DNA of 64,000 bases from Acidimicrobiia bacterium (GCA_033344795.1 JAWPMS010000001.1:4488966-4552965); one strand, 5' to 3'. Counted from the first letter of the stretch, positions 10,302 through 19,756 are shown. A program made the numbers and translations. Notes: generated by a model not told the origin, from the sequence alone.

Positions 10302-10739
10302 CTACAGACCGAGGGCGCTGCGGATCGGGTCGCCGAAGAGGACGAGCACACCCAGCACGGTCATCAACACGGTCTGCACGTTGAACCGAGCGTCGAGTTT
10401 GGAGTCAAGCCGATCAATACGTGCGTCGAGCCGGCTGATGTCGCTCCGAACATCTGTGAAGCGACGGTCCATGTCAGATGCGATTGCGTCGAAACGCTTG
10501 TCGACTCCATCGAAGCGGCGGTCGAGGTCGCTCGACAGAGCATCGAATCGGCGATCGATGTCGGCCGACAGGGCGTCGATCCGAAAGTCGACGGCGTCGA
10601 TGCGTGCTTCGATGCCGTTGAAGCGTTCGCCGTAGGATCCGATTGCTTGGGCCATACTCACGTGTTCAACGGTAACAGTTGTGATCTTGGTCTCGAGCTC
10701 GAGACGCACACGGTCGAGCTCGGCTTGCGTGATGGCCAT
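10302..10739 (-). CDS. Coiled-coil repeat protein with C-terminal membrane anchor (DUF1640/CCDC90-like)
   Basis: Repeated DRRFD units, hydrophobic C-terminus, GAAGGA RBS. Confidence 0.75.
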   Translation of the reverse strand: MAITQAELDRVRLELETKITTVTVEHVSMAQAIGSYGERFNGIEARIDAVDFRIDALSADIDRRFDALSSDLDRRFDGVDKRFDAIASDMDRRFTDVRSDISRLDARIDRLDSKLDARFNVQTVLMTVLGVLVLFGDPIRSALGL

Positions 10740-10794
10740 CTGGCCATTCCTTCAGGTTTGGGGCGACGGAAGGTTCAGCCTTCGAGAGATCGCC

Positions 10795-10816
10795 AACGTA
10801 CCGAGCCGGTGTGACA
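10795..10816 (-). promoter_or_regulatory. PafBC/RecA-NDp-like promoter
   Basis: TGTCAC-accggctcgg-TACGTT upstream of the 10739 start. Confidence 0.6.
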
Positions 10817-10841
10817 CTCCGTCATGTCCGCAAGCAGGCGA

Positions 10842-12407
10842 TCAGGTGGCCGATGTCGACGCAACTTCGAAGAGCAGCTCGCACGAGCGGGGTGGTTCAA
10901 TCATGTCGTCGGCTCGGTGACGACACGTGTCTTCACCGAGTCCGCCACTGGTCGCGTCGGAGTCGAGAATGAAGATGTTGTCGGGGCCGGTGTTTCCGTT
11001 GACGTCGTCGATTCCACGACCACCGAATATCGCGTCGTTGCCCGGTCCGCCGCGAACGTAGTCGCGCCCTTCGAACCCCCAGAGAGTGTCGTCGCCGACT
11101 CCCCCGAACATTCGATCCCAGCGGTTGCTGCCCACGAGGAGGTCGGCACCCGCGCCTCCGAAGAGCCGAGCGCCTGCGCTGTCGAACCGTGTTGTCTGCC
11201 CGTTCACGCGAAGGTCTTGCTCGGTGTTCGAAAAGAGCGTGTCGTCGCCATCGCCGCCGCGCAGCGTGTCTGCGCCGTCCTCACCGAAAAGGGTGTCGTC
11301 GCCAGTCCATCCGCTGAGCACGTCGTCTCCGCCGCGACCGTGCAGTTCGTCGTTGCCAGCTCCACCAAAGATCTCGTCTGTGCCGCGACCGCCCGTGATG
11401 TGATCGTCACCTGCCGACCCGAACAACCGAGTCGGCCCGGGCCCGAGGATTCTGATCGTGTCGTCGCCTTCCTCGCCGTCGACGATTGCGTCAACTCCGC
11501 CATTTGTGCTAATCGAGTCGGCGCCCATTCCGCCTCGGACCGTTGTCGAACGGAAGCCCAAGAAGTAGATCTCATCAGCGCCACCGCCGCCGTCGATGAA
11601 GACGTTCTCGGCAGCGCCCCCGAGAATCAGGTCGCTGCCTGGCCCACCGGTGAGAGTCCCGTTCTCCACGTTGCCCATGAGTATCCTGTCTTCACCGAAC
11701 CCACCGTTGACGGAGGAACCGCGCATGTTGCCGTCACCCAAAGTGACCTCGTCGTTTCCTGCACCGGCATTGACGAGCGATGCGACGACCAGGGACCCCG
11801 AGATCTGGTCGTCGCCGTCGCCGCCGAGGATGGTCGAGTTGGTGGTATCGCCAAACGTCAGGCGGTCATTGCCGCTTCCGCCCTGAACCCAGGTCACGTC
11901 TCGAAAAGTGATGTAGTCATCACCTTCGCCGCCAAAGAGGGATGAGCCACTCCCCGAGCTATTGATTCTGTCGTTGCCACGTCCACCTTGGACCCAAGCA
12001 TCGTCCCCGGAATTGAGGTTGTCGTTGCCCTCGTCACCATAGATCGCTGAGCCACTTCCGAAGCTCAGGATTCTGTCATCACCCTCGCCGCCGTGGGCAA
12101 TCTGATCGGTGCCCTGCAGCAGGATGCTGTCGTCCCCGAGCCCACCGAGGACGGTAGTGCCCGCGCTGTCCACACAGATCGAGTCATCGCCCCCGAGACC
12201 ACTCACCACGAGAGGGCTATCGCCTGTCTTTCCGTTCCCGATGACAACAATCGCGTCGTCGCCGTCAGTTCCTGTCACGTCTGTCGTCGGGTTTTCCAGA
12301 AACATCGTCGGGATGGCTCCGAGGCAATTGCCTTGCGCACCCGCTGTCGAGGTCGTGCCCATGATCAGCAAGATCACTACCGCCGCGCCGACTTTCGGAT
12401 TCATCAT
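10842..12407 (-). CDS. Secreted RTX/hemolysin-type calcium-binding repeat protein
   Basis: Signal-peptide-like MMNPKVGAAVVILLI...AGA; many GGxGxD nonapeptides. Confidence 0.9.
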   Translation of the reverse strand: MMNPKVGAAVVILLIMGTTSTAGAQGNCLGAIPTMFLENPTTDVTGTDGDDAIVVIGNGKTGDSPLVVSGLGGDDSICVDSAGTTVLGGLGDDSILLQGTDQIAHGGEGDDRILSFGSGSAIYGDEGNDNLNSGDDAWVQGGRGNDRINSSGSGSSLFGGEGDDYITFRDVTWVQGGSGNDRLTFGDTTNSTILGGDGDDQISGSLVVASLVNAGAGNDEVTLGDGNMRGSSVNGGFGEDRILMGNVENGTLTGGPGSDLILGGAAENVFIDGGGGADEIYFLGFRSTTVRGGMGADSISTNGGVDAIVDGEEGDDTIRILGPGPTRLFGSAGDDHITGGRGTDEIFGGAGNDELHGRGGDDVLSGWTGDDTLFGEDGADTLRGGDGDDTLFSNTEQDLRVNGQTTRFDSAGARLFGGAGADLLVGSNRWDRMFGGVGDDTLWGFEGRDYVRGGPGNDAIFGGRGIDDVNGNTGPDNIFILDSDATSGGLGEDTCRHRADDMIEPPRSCELLFEVASTSAT

Positions 12408-12506
12408 CTTGTTGGATCCCCTGTTGACGTCCGCAATGAATCGCCAAGGCTTACACATCGTGTTCGCACGGTGGGCGACTCTTGACCGTGACGAGGAGAG
12501 CCCGAA

Positions 12507-12543
12507 CCGGGCCGCCACCTCCGTTGTGGAAGTGACGGCCCGG
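12507..12543 (-). terminator. Hairpin immediately after tuf stop
   Basis: Minus strand CCGGGCCGTCACTTCC-acaac-GGAGGTGGCGGCCCGG. Confidence 0.6.
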
Positions 12544-12546
12544 GGG

Positions 12547-13734
12547 TCAATCGGGTGTACCGATTGTGGTGATGGTGCCGGCGCCGATGGTGCGGTTGCC
12601 TTCACGCATGGCGAAGGTCAGACCGACATCGATGGCCACCGGACGCTGCAGCGTGACGCTCACGTCGCAGCGACTACCCGGCTGCACCAACGATCCGTCA
12701 TCGACGGTGATCACACCGGTGACACCTGCAGTGAGGAAGAAGAACTGCGGCGCGTAGCCGCTCTGGAACGGCCGAGACCGTCCTCCCTCTTCCTTACTGA
12801 GCACGTACACCGAAGCGGTCAGCTCGCGCTGGGGCTCAATCGAGCCCGGCGCGCACACGACCATGCCACGCTCCACGGCGTCCTTGTCGACGCCGCGAAG
12901 CAACATGCCGACGTTGTCGCCCGCTTCGGCCTCGGTCATCGTCCGCCGGAACGACTCGATGCCCGTGACCACCGCTTCGACCGGCTCGCGCAGGCCAACA
13001 ACCTCAACGGTGTCGCCAACGTCGAGCCGACCTCGGGTGACCATGCCGGTGACGACGGTTCCACGTCCGGTGATCGTCTGCACTCCCTCCACTGCGAGCA
13101 GGAAGGGGTCGGCAATCGATCGATCCGGAAGCGGAATCGTGGCGTCGACCGCGTCGAGCAACTCCATGACGGTCGCCTCCCATGCCAGGTCGCCCCCGAG
13201 GGCGCCCAGTGCGGAGACGGCAACCATGGGCACTGTGTCGCTGTCGTAGCCGTGGGCTTCCAACATCTCGCGCAGCTCGAGCTCGACGAGCTCGAGTAGT
13301 TCGGGATCGGCCTGGTCGGCCTTGTTGATGGCAACGACCATGTGCTCGACACCGACCTGACGGGCCAGGATGATGTGTTCACGTGTCTGGGGTGCGGCAC
13401 CGTCGGCGCCGGACACCACGAGGATCGCACCGTCGACCTGGGCCGCGCCGGTGATCATGTTCTTCACGAAGTCGGCGTGGCCGGGCATGTCGATGTGGGC
13501 GTAGTGACGGCTGGCCGTCTCGTATTCGACGTGGCTGATGTTGATCGTGATCCCGCGGGCCTGCTCTTCAGGCGCCTTGTCGATCTGATCAAACTCCATC
13601 CACGTGTCGACACCGTTGGCCTTGGCCAGCACCTTGGTGATAGCGGCGGTCAGCGTGGTCTTGCCGTGATCGACATGACCCATCGTTCCGATGTTGACGT
13701 GCGGCTTCGTGCGAACAAACTCTTGTTTTGCCAT
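12547..13734 (-). CDS. tuf: Elongation factor Tu, divergent EF-Tu3-like paralogue
   Basis: [39 protein letters not shown]; stand-alone, not beside fusA/rps genes; AAAGGAG RBS. Confidence 0.95.
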   Translation of the reverse strand: MAKQEFVRTKPHVNIGTMGHVDHGKTTLTAAITKVLAKANGVDTWMEFDQIDKAPEEQARGITINISHVEYETASRHYAHIDMPGHADFVKNMITGAAQVDGAILVVSGADGAAPQTREHIILARQVGVEHMVVAINKADQADPELLELVELELREMLEAHGYDSDTVPMVAVSALGALGGDLAWEATVMELLDAVDATIPLPDRSIADPFLLAVEGVQTITGRGTVVTGMVTRGRLDVGDTVEVVGLREPVEAVVTGIESFRRTMTEAEAGDNVGMLLRGVDKDAVERGMVVCAPGSIEPQRELTASVYVLSKEEGGRSRPFQSGYAPQFFFLTAGVTGVITVDDGSLVQPGSRCDVSVTLQRPVAIDVGLTFAMREGNRTIGAGTITTIGTPD

Positions 13735-13744
13735 GATCTTCTCC

Positions 13745-13905
13745 TTTCATGAGCGCCGCACACCCCGTTGGCGCGCGGCCCATGGCACAACGCACACGCG
13801 TGTCAGCGGTGCGTTGGTTCGGAGCCCCTCACGTCAGGCGACGTGCATCGATCTCTCGTTTGTTCAGACCCCGTTCCCAGGGCTCCGAAGATGCGGGAAG
13901 GGGTC
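13745..13905 (-). promoter_or_regulatory. Structured tuf leader, putative attenuator
   Basis: Complementary segments GACCCCTTCCC/GGGAACGGGGTC, TTCGGAGCCC/GGGCTCCGAA, and ACAAACGAG complementary to CTCGTTTGT inside the uORF. Confidence 0.55.
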
Positions 13906-13981
13906 AGCTACGTTCGCCGCTGAGCGCGACAAACGAGACGTCTGATGAGACGCTCGCCAAGGAGAAGAAGATGTCGCGCAC
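13904..13981 (-). CDS. Putative leader peptide (uORF) MRDIFFSLASVSSDVSFVALSGERS
   Basis: GTG..TGA, 25 codons, 7 nt after a CACACT -10-like hexamer (TTGACA 15 nt further upstream), so probably leaderless. Confidence 0.55.
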   Translation of the reverse strand: MRDIFFSLASVSSDVSFVALSGERS

Positions 13982-14120
13982 GGCAAGCAGTGTGACGGGC
14001 GAGGGCAGGTGTCAACGAGTTGCGCGTGAAGAAGGCGATGGCCTTGACTCCTACCGAACGTCCCGCTGGCGGGAGAAAGACGGCGCGCACAGGGCCGATG
14101 ACCATGTTAAGAATGTGAAC

Positions 14121-14486
14121 ATGTCCTCGATTCGTATGCTTGGCCGCCGCAGCGGTATCCGGTCGAGCCTTAGGTTCTTGGTTCTGGCACTTGTCCTTAC
14201 TGCGGTGACCGTGCCTGCCCTTACGATCGAGTTGGCGGCAGCTGGTGAGATCCACGAGGCCCTGGAAGAGCTCACACCGGTGATCGGATCACTGGTAGCT
14301 GCGGTCGCCCTCGGCCGCGGGATGTCTGGTGTATATCCATCAGAATTCTCGGTGCATAATGCCCTTCATTCCCTGGCACCCATCATGTCGCCGAATGTCG
14401 CGACTCCTGTCGCTTTGAGGTTCGGTTCAGACCAAAGTGAAATCGTCCTTCCACCGCTCGCCGGAGGCCTTCGAGAAGTCAGCTAG
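14121..14486 (+). CDS. Hypothetical membrane protein
   Basis: Two hydrophobic stretches; no family recognised; start uncertain. Confidence 0.4.
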   Translation: MSSIRMLGRRSGIRSSLRFLVLALVLTAVTVPALTIELAAAGEIHEALEELTPVIGSLVAAVALGRGMSGVYPSEFSVHNALHSLAPIMSPNVATPVALRFGSDQSEIVLPPLAGGLREVS

Positions 14487-14550
14487 TGGCGACCCACGTC
14501 GTCACCTACGCAGATTCTCAAGACCACCACGAGCAAAGGAAGGCACTGCC

Positions 14551-14775
14551 ATGTCTGACGACGAAATACTCGCCGATGTTCTCGGCGTCCTAACCCCTGA
14601 AGAGCGCTCCATAGTGAAGATGCTCTACGTAGCCGAAGCTGATCTCGGACTCACACGAAGCGACATTGCCAAGCTGCTGGACGTAAGTCGTTCGAGCCTC
14701 TATCGCCTCGAGCAACGGGCAATGCAGAAGATGAAAACTCGTGCACGCCGAGCCGGCCTGAGGCCAGCACCGTGA
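14551..14775 (+). CDS. Stand-alone sigma-70 region 4-like HTH protein
   Basis: LTPEERSIV...LTRSDIAKLLDVSRSSLYRLEQRAMQKM; AAGGAAGG RBS. Confidence 0.75.
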   Translation: MSDDEILADVLGVLTPEERSIVKMLYVAEADLGLTRSDIAKLLDVSRSSLYRLEQRAMQKMKTRARRAGLRPAP

Positions 14776-14918
14776 AACAGGGAAGCCTCATCTACGCCAA
14801 GGCCACGAAACTTGCGCACTTCTTGGAGGCGCACCCCCTTCCAAGGTTGTTCTTCTGGTTGGCGATGGTCACCGCAGCGATCTTCACCATCGCCCTCGGC
14901 GTCCAGAGTCTCTTCTAG
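14772..14918 (+). CDS. Small membrane protein (48 aa), not in ORF track
   Basis: GTGA overlap with previous stop; MKQGSLIYAK...LFFWLAMVTAAIFTIALGVQSLF. Confidence 0.4.
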   Translation: MKQGSLIYAKATKLAHFLEAHPLPRLFFWLAMVTAAIFTIALGVQSLF

Positions 14919-15020
14919 GCAGGGACGCTCCCTGCGGGCAACCGCGCACTCCGCCAAAACTGAATGGGGTGAAGCACTGACCGGACGGGCTGGGACCGTG
15001 CGTACAGCCGGTGCCGGCGT

Positions 15021-18000
15021 CTACGTCGCACCGATTTCAGCCAAACGGCAGAGAGCTGACGCCAGCCGGACTTGCTCCGGCGTCTTGCATCGCGGTGATA
15101 GCAGCATCGGCGAAGCAACGACGATCGCCAGGCCTTGCGCGCGGGACACGGCAACATTCAAGCGGTTGGTGCTGTAGAGAAACTCCATTCCGCGGGGAGC
15201 TGACGTCGAATCTGAGCTCGTCATCGAGTAGATCACGATCGCTGCTTCTTGCCCTTGGAACATGTCGACCGTGCCGATCCTGGCGCGGTCGCCGAGCCGT
15301 CGCTTCAAGGCCGCGACCTGAGCGTTGAACGGTGCGACAACCATGATTTCCGCAGGCGAGATTGGCCGGACCGTACCCTGCTGGTCCGTCCACTCTTGGC
15401 CGATCAGCTCCCGGACCAACTCGTCAACACGGTCGATCTCTTCGTCTGAGCGGGACTTGTTGCCCGTGTGTTCGACTTCTTCGAATCGGATGCCAACGCC
15501 CGCTGGTGAAAGCGCCTGCCTGTCGGTCGCCGGAAACGACGCAAGTCGGCCTTCGTAGAACTGTTCGCTGATGAAGGACGTGACCGCAGAGTGCATCCGT
15601 CGGGTTTCCGGAAGAAACACCCCATGTCCGAGAGCGACGGTTGGTGAGTCTCCCAGCAGGTAGGCGAGTGCCGAGCGATCCGCGCCCTCTGGGTGTGTTG
15701 CGCGCGCCGGCTGATCGAGCTGCTGCGGATCTCCGACCAGGATGAGGTTCGGGGCAGCTGAGGCGGCGGCGAGTGTGTTTGCGAGCGAGATCTGTCCTGC
15801 CTCATCCACAAGCAGGGTGTCGAATGCGGCCGATACCTCCCGTCGAGCGAAGTAGAAGGCTGTTCCACCGACTACGTCGACTTCACCCGCTGCGAGCGCA
15901 GCATCCATCTGCGCGTTGCTTGCGAAGACAGTGACACCGGCGATGGCCGATTCTCGTTCCTTCTGGCGCCTTGCGAGACGAGCGCCAAGCCCTCGTTCCT
16001 GAGCTTGAGCCTGCACCGCCCTCATCAGGTTGTCGACAACCGCATGGCTGTTGGCCATCAGGGCCACTCGTCGCCCTTGTGCGACCAGATCACAGACGAT
16101 GCTCGCCGACGTGTAGGTCTTGCCGGCTCCAGGGGGCCCCTGAATGACCAGGTAGTCGCCATCAAGCTCCATTGCGCGGGCTCTGGCCTCAGACAGCGCG
16201 TCCGGATAGGACTGGATCGGGTCCTTGGGCGAGCGCAGCAGCAGCGACGCCACTGCGGGGTTATCCGAACTCAGATCTTCAAGTCCTCCGGACTTCGTCA
16301 CCTCGCCGAGTTGCTTGAGCGCCAGTTTCTGAGCTCGAGCCGGGATGGTTGCGTCCTTCGGGACAATCGATGCCGGATGCGTGTGACTGTCGACGGACCT
16401 CTTCCCGACCGAGATCGAGACGATCCAATTCTCGAAGTCGACCTCTTCGACCGTGCCGGCCCGGCTTCCGTTCGCTGGGTTGATCACCTGGACACCGCGC
16501 TTCAGGCGTAGCTCCTGGGGAGGGACCTGATACCGAAAGACGACACTCTGTCGAATAGGGTCACCCATGCCGATGAACTTCATTCCGCCGATGGCGACTG
16601 AGTTGTCGATGAGCTCTTCGTCTGTCATCGACAGTCGATCAAAGTGCTCCCACCAGTCGACCCGTTCTTCGCGCGCATGCCATTGCAGCAACTGAGCGAG
16701 CGTCCAGATCGCGTTGTCACGAACGCTCCGGTCTAGAGGATCGGACGGCACCATCGCTTCGAGGTCGAGTCGCAGGAGATCAACTTCCTCTGCGGCATCC
16801 GCCGAGCTCGGGTCTGGGCTCGGATCTGGAGTGGGCGGCCGGTCGATCAAGCCCCACTTCGCTTCAGCTTCGAGACGTCGATCTTCGAGCCAGTCGAGAA
16901 GCTGGCGTGTCGAGACACAATCGTCGAAGTTGTACTCGCCGATCTTGCAGAGGTGGTTCCGGTCACCCGAGACTAGCCACTTCTCATATTCGACTGCGCT
17001 CTCAACACCCGAACTCAGCTCGGTCTCCCGCCTATCCCGATAGAACACCTCGAGTTTCTTGATCGAGTAGCTGTCGATGGATGCCTGTAGTGCCTGCCGT
17101 GTCACCTGATGTAGATCGATCAACGCGCCGCCACGGAGCAATCTGTCAAGATCTGCTTGTCGCGTCCCGTGGCGGGCGGCGAGCCGCTTGAGTGCCGTCG
17201 GTTCGTAGATGCCGAAGTGGTAGATGTGCATCTCGGGGTTGTTGGCAAGTGCATCCATGAAAAGATCCATCGTCCGTTCGAACGCTCCCCTCTCATCCGA
17301 CGCTGCTTCTGCCCAAATCGGCGTGAATTGATCATCACGGTCGGTTATTCCGAACAGGTACTCGAGCCCACCAGCTGTGAGGAACGGGTCGCTCTCGATA
17401 TCGAAGAACAGGTCGTCAGCAGTCGGCGCCGGAAGCCTCCCAAAACCTGTCGGCGGTCCGTCAGCGTCAACTGGCTCGAGCAATCGCCACACATGCTGGC
17501 CCTTCTGCCGTTGTTCGAGCTGCAGCGCTGCCTGCTGTTGATACTTCGCAAACGAGTCGAGTCCGGCGTGCCCCTCTCGCTCAGTTGACTGAGCAAGTTC
17601 GGTGAGTGTGGTGACTCCGGCAGCTTCGAGTTTGGTTGCCTGCGAACGACCAACATCGGCGACGAGCGTCAGGTGATCGTCATCGAGGCGTTGGCTTCGG
17701 CAAACAGATGACCAGTCACAACGAGAACAGTGTTCAACCGGGTCAGGGTAGACGGCGAGGAGGTCCGGACCGACCGAAGCCTCGAAGTCCGCCTTTACTG
17801 ACCGGTGATAGGGGGCGATCTGGACAAGAGCAAAGGACTCGACTCGGCCATCTCCGAGCACGAGGTGAACGTTCTCGGGCTGTTGCCCTTGGATCCGTTT
17901 GATGTGAGTCGAGTACTCGGCAAGCTGCACCAGCGCTGTCGCTTTTGCAACGTTGCTTAGCTTCGTGTCGTACACCTCGTAACCGTAGGCACCGAGCGCT

Positions 18001-18371
18001 GTCTGGAATTCATCCCGACGGATGAGAAAGTCAGCCTTGCCGCCCCAGTTCTTGTCTTGAAAGACTGCTTGGTAGATGACCTGAACACCGGACCGCATCG
18101 CCACTTCGGTTTCAGCTACCTGCGCCGCCAAGTCGGCCGACTCATCAATCGCCAGGACCTGTATTCCGTCTGCTCGGAGCTGGGTGAGGCACCGCTGCTC
18201 ATGGAGGAGACCGTGAGTGCGGACCAGGTCGGCGGCCGCGTCGTTTGCAAAGCGTGGTCGCTGCCGGTCGCCGGTCGCTGCTGCATGGTTGAGCCCTGTC
18301 AGATGCCGACATTCGAGGTGGTTGACGAGATCCGTTGGGCTGAAGACGAGGTTCTGGTTGCGTTCCATCAT
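15021..18371 (-). CDS. TM0106-family RecB-like nuclease / RNase H-like / SF1 helicase fusion
   Basis: KADFL...VYDTK nuclease motif with Cys cluster (HCSRCDWSSVC); LFFDIE...YSIKKLE...YNFDDC; QGPPGAGKT, VDEAGQ, VGDPQQL, TVDMFQGQE, NVAVSRA. Confidence 0.92.
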   Translation of the reverse strand: MMERNQNLVFSPTDLVNHLECRHLTGLNHAAATGDRQRPRFANDAAADLVRTHGLLHEQRCLTQLRADGIQVLAIDESADLAAQVAETEVAMRSGVQVIYQAVFQDKNWGGKADFLIRRDEFQTALGAYGYEVYDTKLSNVAKATALVQLAEYSTHIKRIQGQQPENVHLVLGDGRVESFALVQIAPYHRSVKADFEASVGPDLLAVYPDPVEHCSRCDWSSVCRSQRLDDDHLTLVADVGRSQATKLEAAGVTTLTELAQSTEREGHAGLDSFAKYQQQAALQLEQRQKGQHVWRLLEPVDADGPPTGFGRLPAPTADDLFFDIESDPFLTAGGLEYLFGITDRDDQFTPIWAEAASDERGAFERTMDLFMDALANNPEMHIYHFGIYEPTALKRLAARHGTRQADLDRLLRGGALIDLHQVTRQALQASIDSYSIKKLEVFYRDRRETELSSGVESAVEYEKWLVSGDRNHLCKIGEYNFDDCVSTRQLLDWLEDRRLEAEAKWGLIDRPPTPDPSPDPSSADAAEEVDLLRLDLEAMVPSDPLDRSVRDNAIWTLAQLLQWHAREERVDWWEHFDRLSMTDEELIDNSVAIGGMKFIGMGDPIRQSVVFRYQVPPQELRLKRGVQVINPANGSRAGTVEEVDFENWIVSISVGKRSVDSHTHPASIVPKDATIPARAQKLALKQLGEVTKSGGLEDLSSDNPAVASLLLRSPKDPIQSYPDALSEARARAMELDGDYLVIQGPPGAGKTYTSASIVCDLVAQGRRVALMANSHAVVDNLMRAVQAQAQERGLGARLARRQKERESAIAGVTVFASNAQMDAALAAGEVDVVGGTAFYFARREVSAAFDTLLVDEAGQISLANTLAAASAAPNLILVGDPQQLDQPARATHPEGADRSALAYLLGDSPTVALGHGVFLPETRRMHSAVTSFISEQFYEGRLASFPATDRQALSPAGVGIRFEEVEHTGNKSRSDEEIDRVDELVRELIGQEWTDQQGTVRPISPAEIMVVAPFNAQVAALKRRLGDRARIGTVDMFQGQEAAIVIYSMTSSDSTSAPRGMEFLYSTNRLNVAVSRAQGLAIVVASPMLLSPRCKTPEQVRLASALCRLAEIGAT

Positions 18372-18373
18372 CG

Positions 18374-19627
18374 CTACTCACCACCCCGCATCGCTCGTGA
18401 GGCGCGATCAAGTGCGGATTCCACTTCTCGGCGGAGGGTTGCGACATGTTCGGCCGCGGTGTCAATAGCGTTCCGGGCCTGCGTGTGGGACCGTTTGATC
18501 GTGCGTTCGGCTTCGAGTGCTCGCACTGCGTCGTCGATCGCTACACAAACCTGCTCGGCGTCGATCTCCGTCTGCTGCGGAGCGGTACAGTCTCGCTGCG
18601 CCACCCACCGAGCCCACATGTACGCGACCCGAAGCGCAGCGTCGTCCTCACAGTCTTTGTCGAGAACTGCGATGGCCTTGTTGCCAAAGGTATGGAATGG
18701 GACTGAAGTCGGCGCCAGGTCCTGACCTCGGAAGACAGCAATCGCCGCAGAGGCGTCGCGATTGTCGAGCGCCTGATCGAGTTCGTCAAGAATGTTGCGG
18801 AGCCCGAGCTTGCGGGCCTTCGCCTCAAGGACGAAGCGGACGGTCGAACCGCCCACATCGGCTGGGTTGAGGGTGATGACTTCATCGCCCTTCTTGGAGC
18901 CAGCGCTGCCGACATCGGTGCCCGTCTGTTCTGGCAGATCGCCATGTGGCGCTGCGAGTGTGAGCAGTACTTCGTGAATTGTGTCTTCGAAGGCCACACC
19001 CTTTGCCGGACTCAGCTCGATGACTTCAGCAACTGCCTCCTTGACTGAGACCGACTCAGCGATCCGGTTGATCTCTTCGCGCATCGAACGAAGTTCGCCG
19101 GCGAGTCGCTTCTCCAGTCCCTGCCCGAGAGCCCGCAACGGGCTTCCGTCAGAATCGAGAGACACCAACGCTCGCAGGCGTTCCATCTGGTCTCGACCCA
19201 TCCGATCGAGGTGGGGTGAGATCTGTGAGGCGATGCTTCGCGCCGAGTCGGGGTCGGTTGCGATCTCGAGGAGCTGTACCAGTTCTCGCTTCTGGGCGTC
19301 GAGGGCCTGTGTCATCGAGCCGTTCTCTGGGTCGAGAAGGCTCATGGCGGCACTATTGATCTCGGCGACCGCTGCGTCGACGTTGGCGCGGAATGTGGTG
19401 GTCATGGAGTCGAAGGACGCGGTAACCGTCGTCTCATCGATCCCTGCTTGTGCAGCGCGGATGGCACGAGCTCCGAGCGCAAGGCACTCGACCACAGCAT
19501 CAGCTGGATCGGTTGCGTTCTGAACGTGAGCGACGACGTCTCGGTCAACGACTACGAGTTCGGAGATTCTGAGTACGTCGTCGTTGCACGTGACCAGCGA
19601 CTTCGGGAACTTCAGAGGTTCTGCCAT
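18374..19627 (-). CDS. Coiled-coil protein with C-terminal PD-(D/E)XK-like domain (RmuC/DUF2130-like architecture)
   Basis: Long helical N-terminal half; KGVAFE...KKGD...VLEAK...NRDA; AAGGAGG RBS before ATG 19627. Confidence 0.75.
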   Translation of the reverse strand: MAEPLKFPKSLVTCNDDVLRISELVVVDRDVVAHVQNATDPADAVVECLALGARAIRAAQAGIDETTVTASFDSMTTTFRANVDAAVAEINSAAMSLLDPENGSMTQALDAQKRELVQLLEIATDPDSARSIASQISPHLDRMGRDQMERLRALVSLDSDGSPLRALGQGLEKRLAGELRSMREEINRIAESVSVKEAVAEVIELSPAKGVAFEDTIHEVLLTLAAPHGDLPEQTGTDVGSAGSKKGDEVITLNPADVGGSTVRFVLEAKARKLGLRNILDELDQALDNRDASAAIAVFRGQDLAPTSVPFHTFGNKAIAVLDKDCEDDAALRVAYMWARWVAQRDCTAPQQTEIDAEQVCVAIDDAVRALEAERTIKRSHTQARNAIDTAAEHVATLRREVESALDRASRAMRGGE

Positions 19628-19756
19628 GACACCTCCTTTCGGGTTCTTGGTGAGCAGGTGACCAAGAACGGTTACGCAACGAAGTGTCAGAGGATTCTTG
19701 TTTTCTCTCACCGCGGACGCGGCCGATTGCTGTTTCGCTATGAGATAGTGGGGCCA

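Noticed and set aside
10380-10620. Repeats as a possible CRISPR or non-coding array
   Set aside because: Degenerate, in-frame and without spacers; coiled-coil coding repeats. The same applies to 36440-36520 and the RTX gene.
14040-14120. Possible att site or target duplication at the island's left edge
   Set aside because: No matching repeat found near 32600 by eye; no integrase or tRNA.
15021-18371. Cas4-like domain as evidence of CRISPR-Cas
   Set aside because: No cas1/cas2 or array; the domain is part of a TM0106-type fusion.
19685-19706. TGTCAG-N10-TTTTCT upstream of the four-gene operon
   Set aside because: The -10 hexamer lacks the conserved A, so it was not counted as a PafBC-like site.
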